Virus record (IMG/VR): IMGVR_UViG_3300045051_000909
Coordinates: 64,001 to 128,000 of that record
DNA: 64,000 nt
Reading direction: 5' to 3' (one strand)
From: a virus
Lineage: Duplodnaviria; Heunggongvirae; Uroviricota; Caudoviricetes
The notes under the pieces were generated by a model. The model worked only from the letters and a program-made list of their open reading frames with translations, ran no database searches and was not told where the DNA came from. The translations under genes and the position numbers were made by a program. Shown one piece after another: positions 63,550 to 64,000 of this stretch (its first letter is position 1; each line of letters starts with the position of its first letter).

Positions 63550-64000
63550 TACAAGTCTCCTCGAGATACTTGAAGATGTATCCCTTAGTATGAGAAAGCC
63601 TACCTTTGAGAACTGCGGAGATAGCCGAACTGTCGACCCCCAGCTGGCGTCCTGCTTCTCGTACTGAATCGTACCGATTACCAAACTGATCTGTGAATGG
63701 ACGTGCACCGCGGGCACGAGCCATGCGCAACCGTTGCTCAGGTGTATGCGGGCCGTGAATAGCTGCACGCGTACGTGCATTCGCTAATTGTCGTCGCTGA
63801 ACGATGTTCTGCATCCGCTGTTGTTGTGCGGTACGCATTCGCTGCCGCGTCTCCTCGGAAAAGACGCGTCCTTTGAACAACTGTGAATAGTACTTACGTT
63901 CGGCGGGGTCCTCAAAGCGTTTCTTCGTACTCAAGCTTAATCTGCGTTTGGTTTCTTCAGACACTTGACGACCAACACGAGAACGGGCGCGCTCCTTTGC
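63533..64000 (-). CDS. homing endonuclease C-terminal region (NUMOD3/NUMOD1), 5'-truncated by the window edge
   Basis: GRQVSEETKRRLS, GRVFSEETRQRM, YDSVREAGRQLGV..GYIFKY; frame open to 64000. Confidence 0.8.
   Translation of the reverse strand, partial: AKERARSRVGRQVSEETKRRLSLSTKKRFEDPAERKYYSQLFKGRVFSEETRQRMRTAQQQRMQNIVQRRQLANARTRAAIHGPHTPEQRLRMARARGARPFTDQFGNRYDSVREAGRQLGVDSSAISAVLKGRLSHTKGYIFKYLEETCNVSVQ

Overview
The window looks like a 64-kb slice of a large contractile-tailed (myovirus-like) phage. The host is probably high-GC, possibly Myxococcota; this is inferred from the tmRNA tag and the very high GC3 of some genes. No CRISPR array, IS element, integrase or rRNA was seen. Layout: (1) 1-11.5 kb, mostly + strand: small genes, a HAD phosphatase, an HNH, a SLOG protein, two Gly-rich multi-module proteins punctuated by a recurring K-x-A linker (one holds a LigD 3'-phosphoesterase plus ATP-dependent DNA ligase, DUF5661-like and HExxH modules), a SNF2-type helicase possibly fused by a +1 frameshift, and a metallophosphoesterase. 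(2) 11.5-24.8 kb, - strand: 43 tRNA genes covering all 20 amino acids, a tmRNA, rtcB, an AAA+ ATPase, coiled-coil proteins, HNHs and several unannotated structured RNAs. The RNAs include three circularly permuted tRNA-like modules, four 8/4-fold tRNA-Ser, and an initiator-like tRNA with a 33-nt D-loop insert. (3) 25-34.6 kb, - strand: dCMP deaminase, dNMP kinase, ThyX, small proteins and a DinG helicase. (4) 34.7-62.5 kb, + strand: tail chaperone with a -1 frameshift, tape-measure-like gene, duplicated fibre cassettes, sigma factor, M15 peptidase, baseplate and fibre genes, spanin-like pair. (5) Final 1.5 kb, - strand: small genes and a truncated NUMOD homing endonuclease. All RNA folds were worked out by hand and all protein calls come from motif recognition, not database searches.
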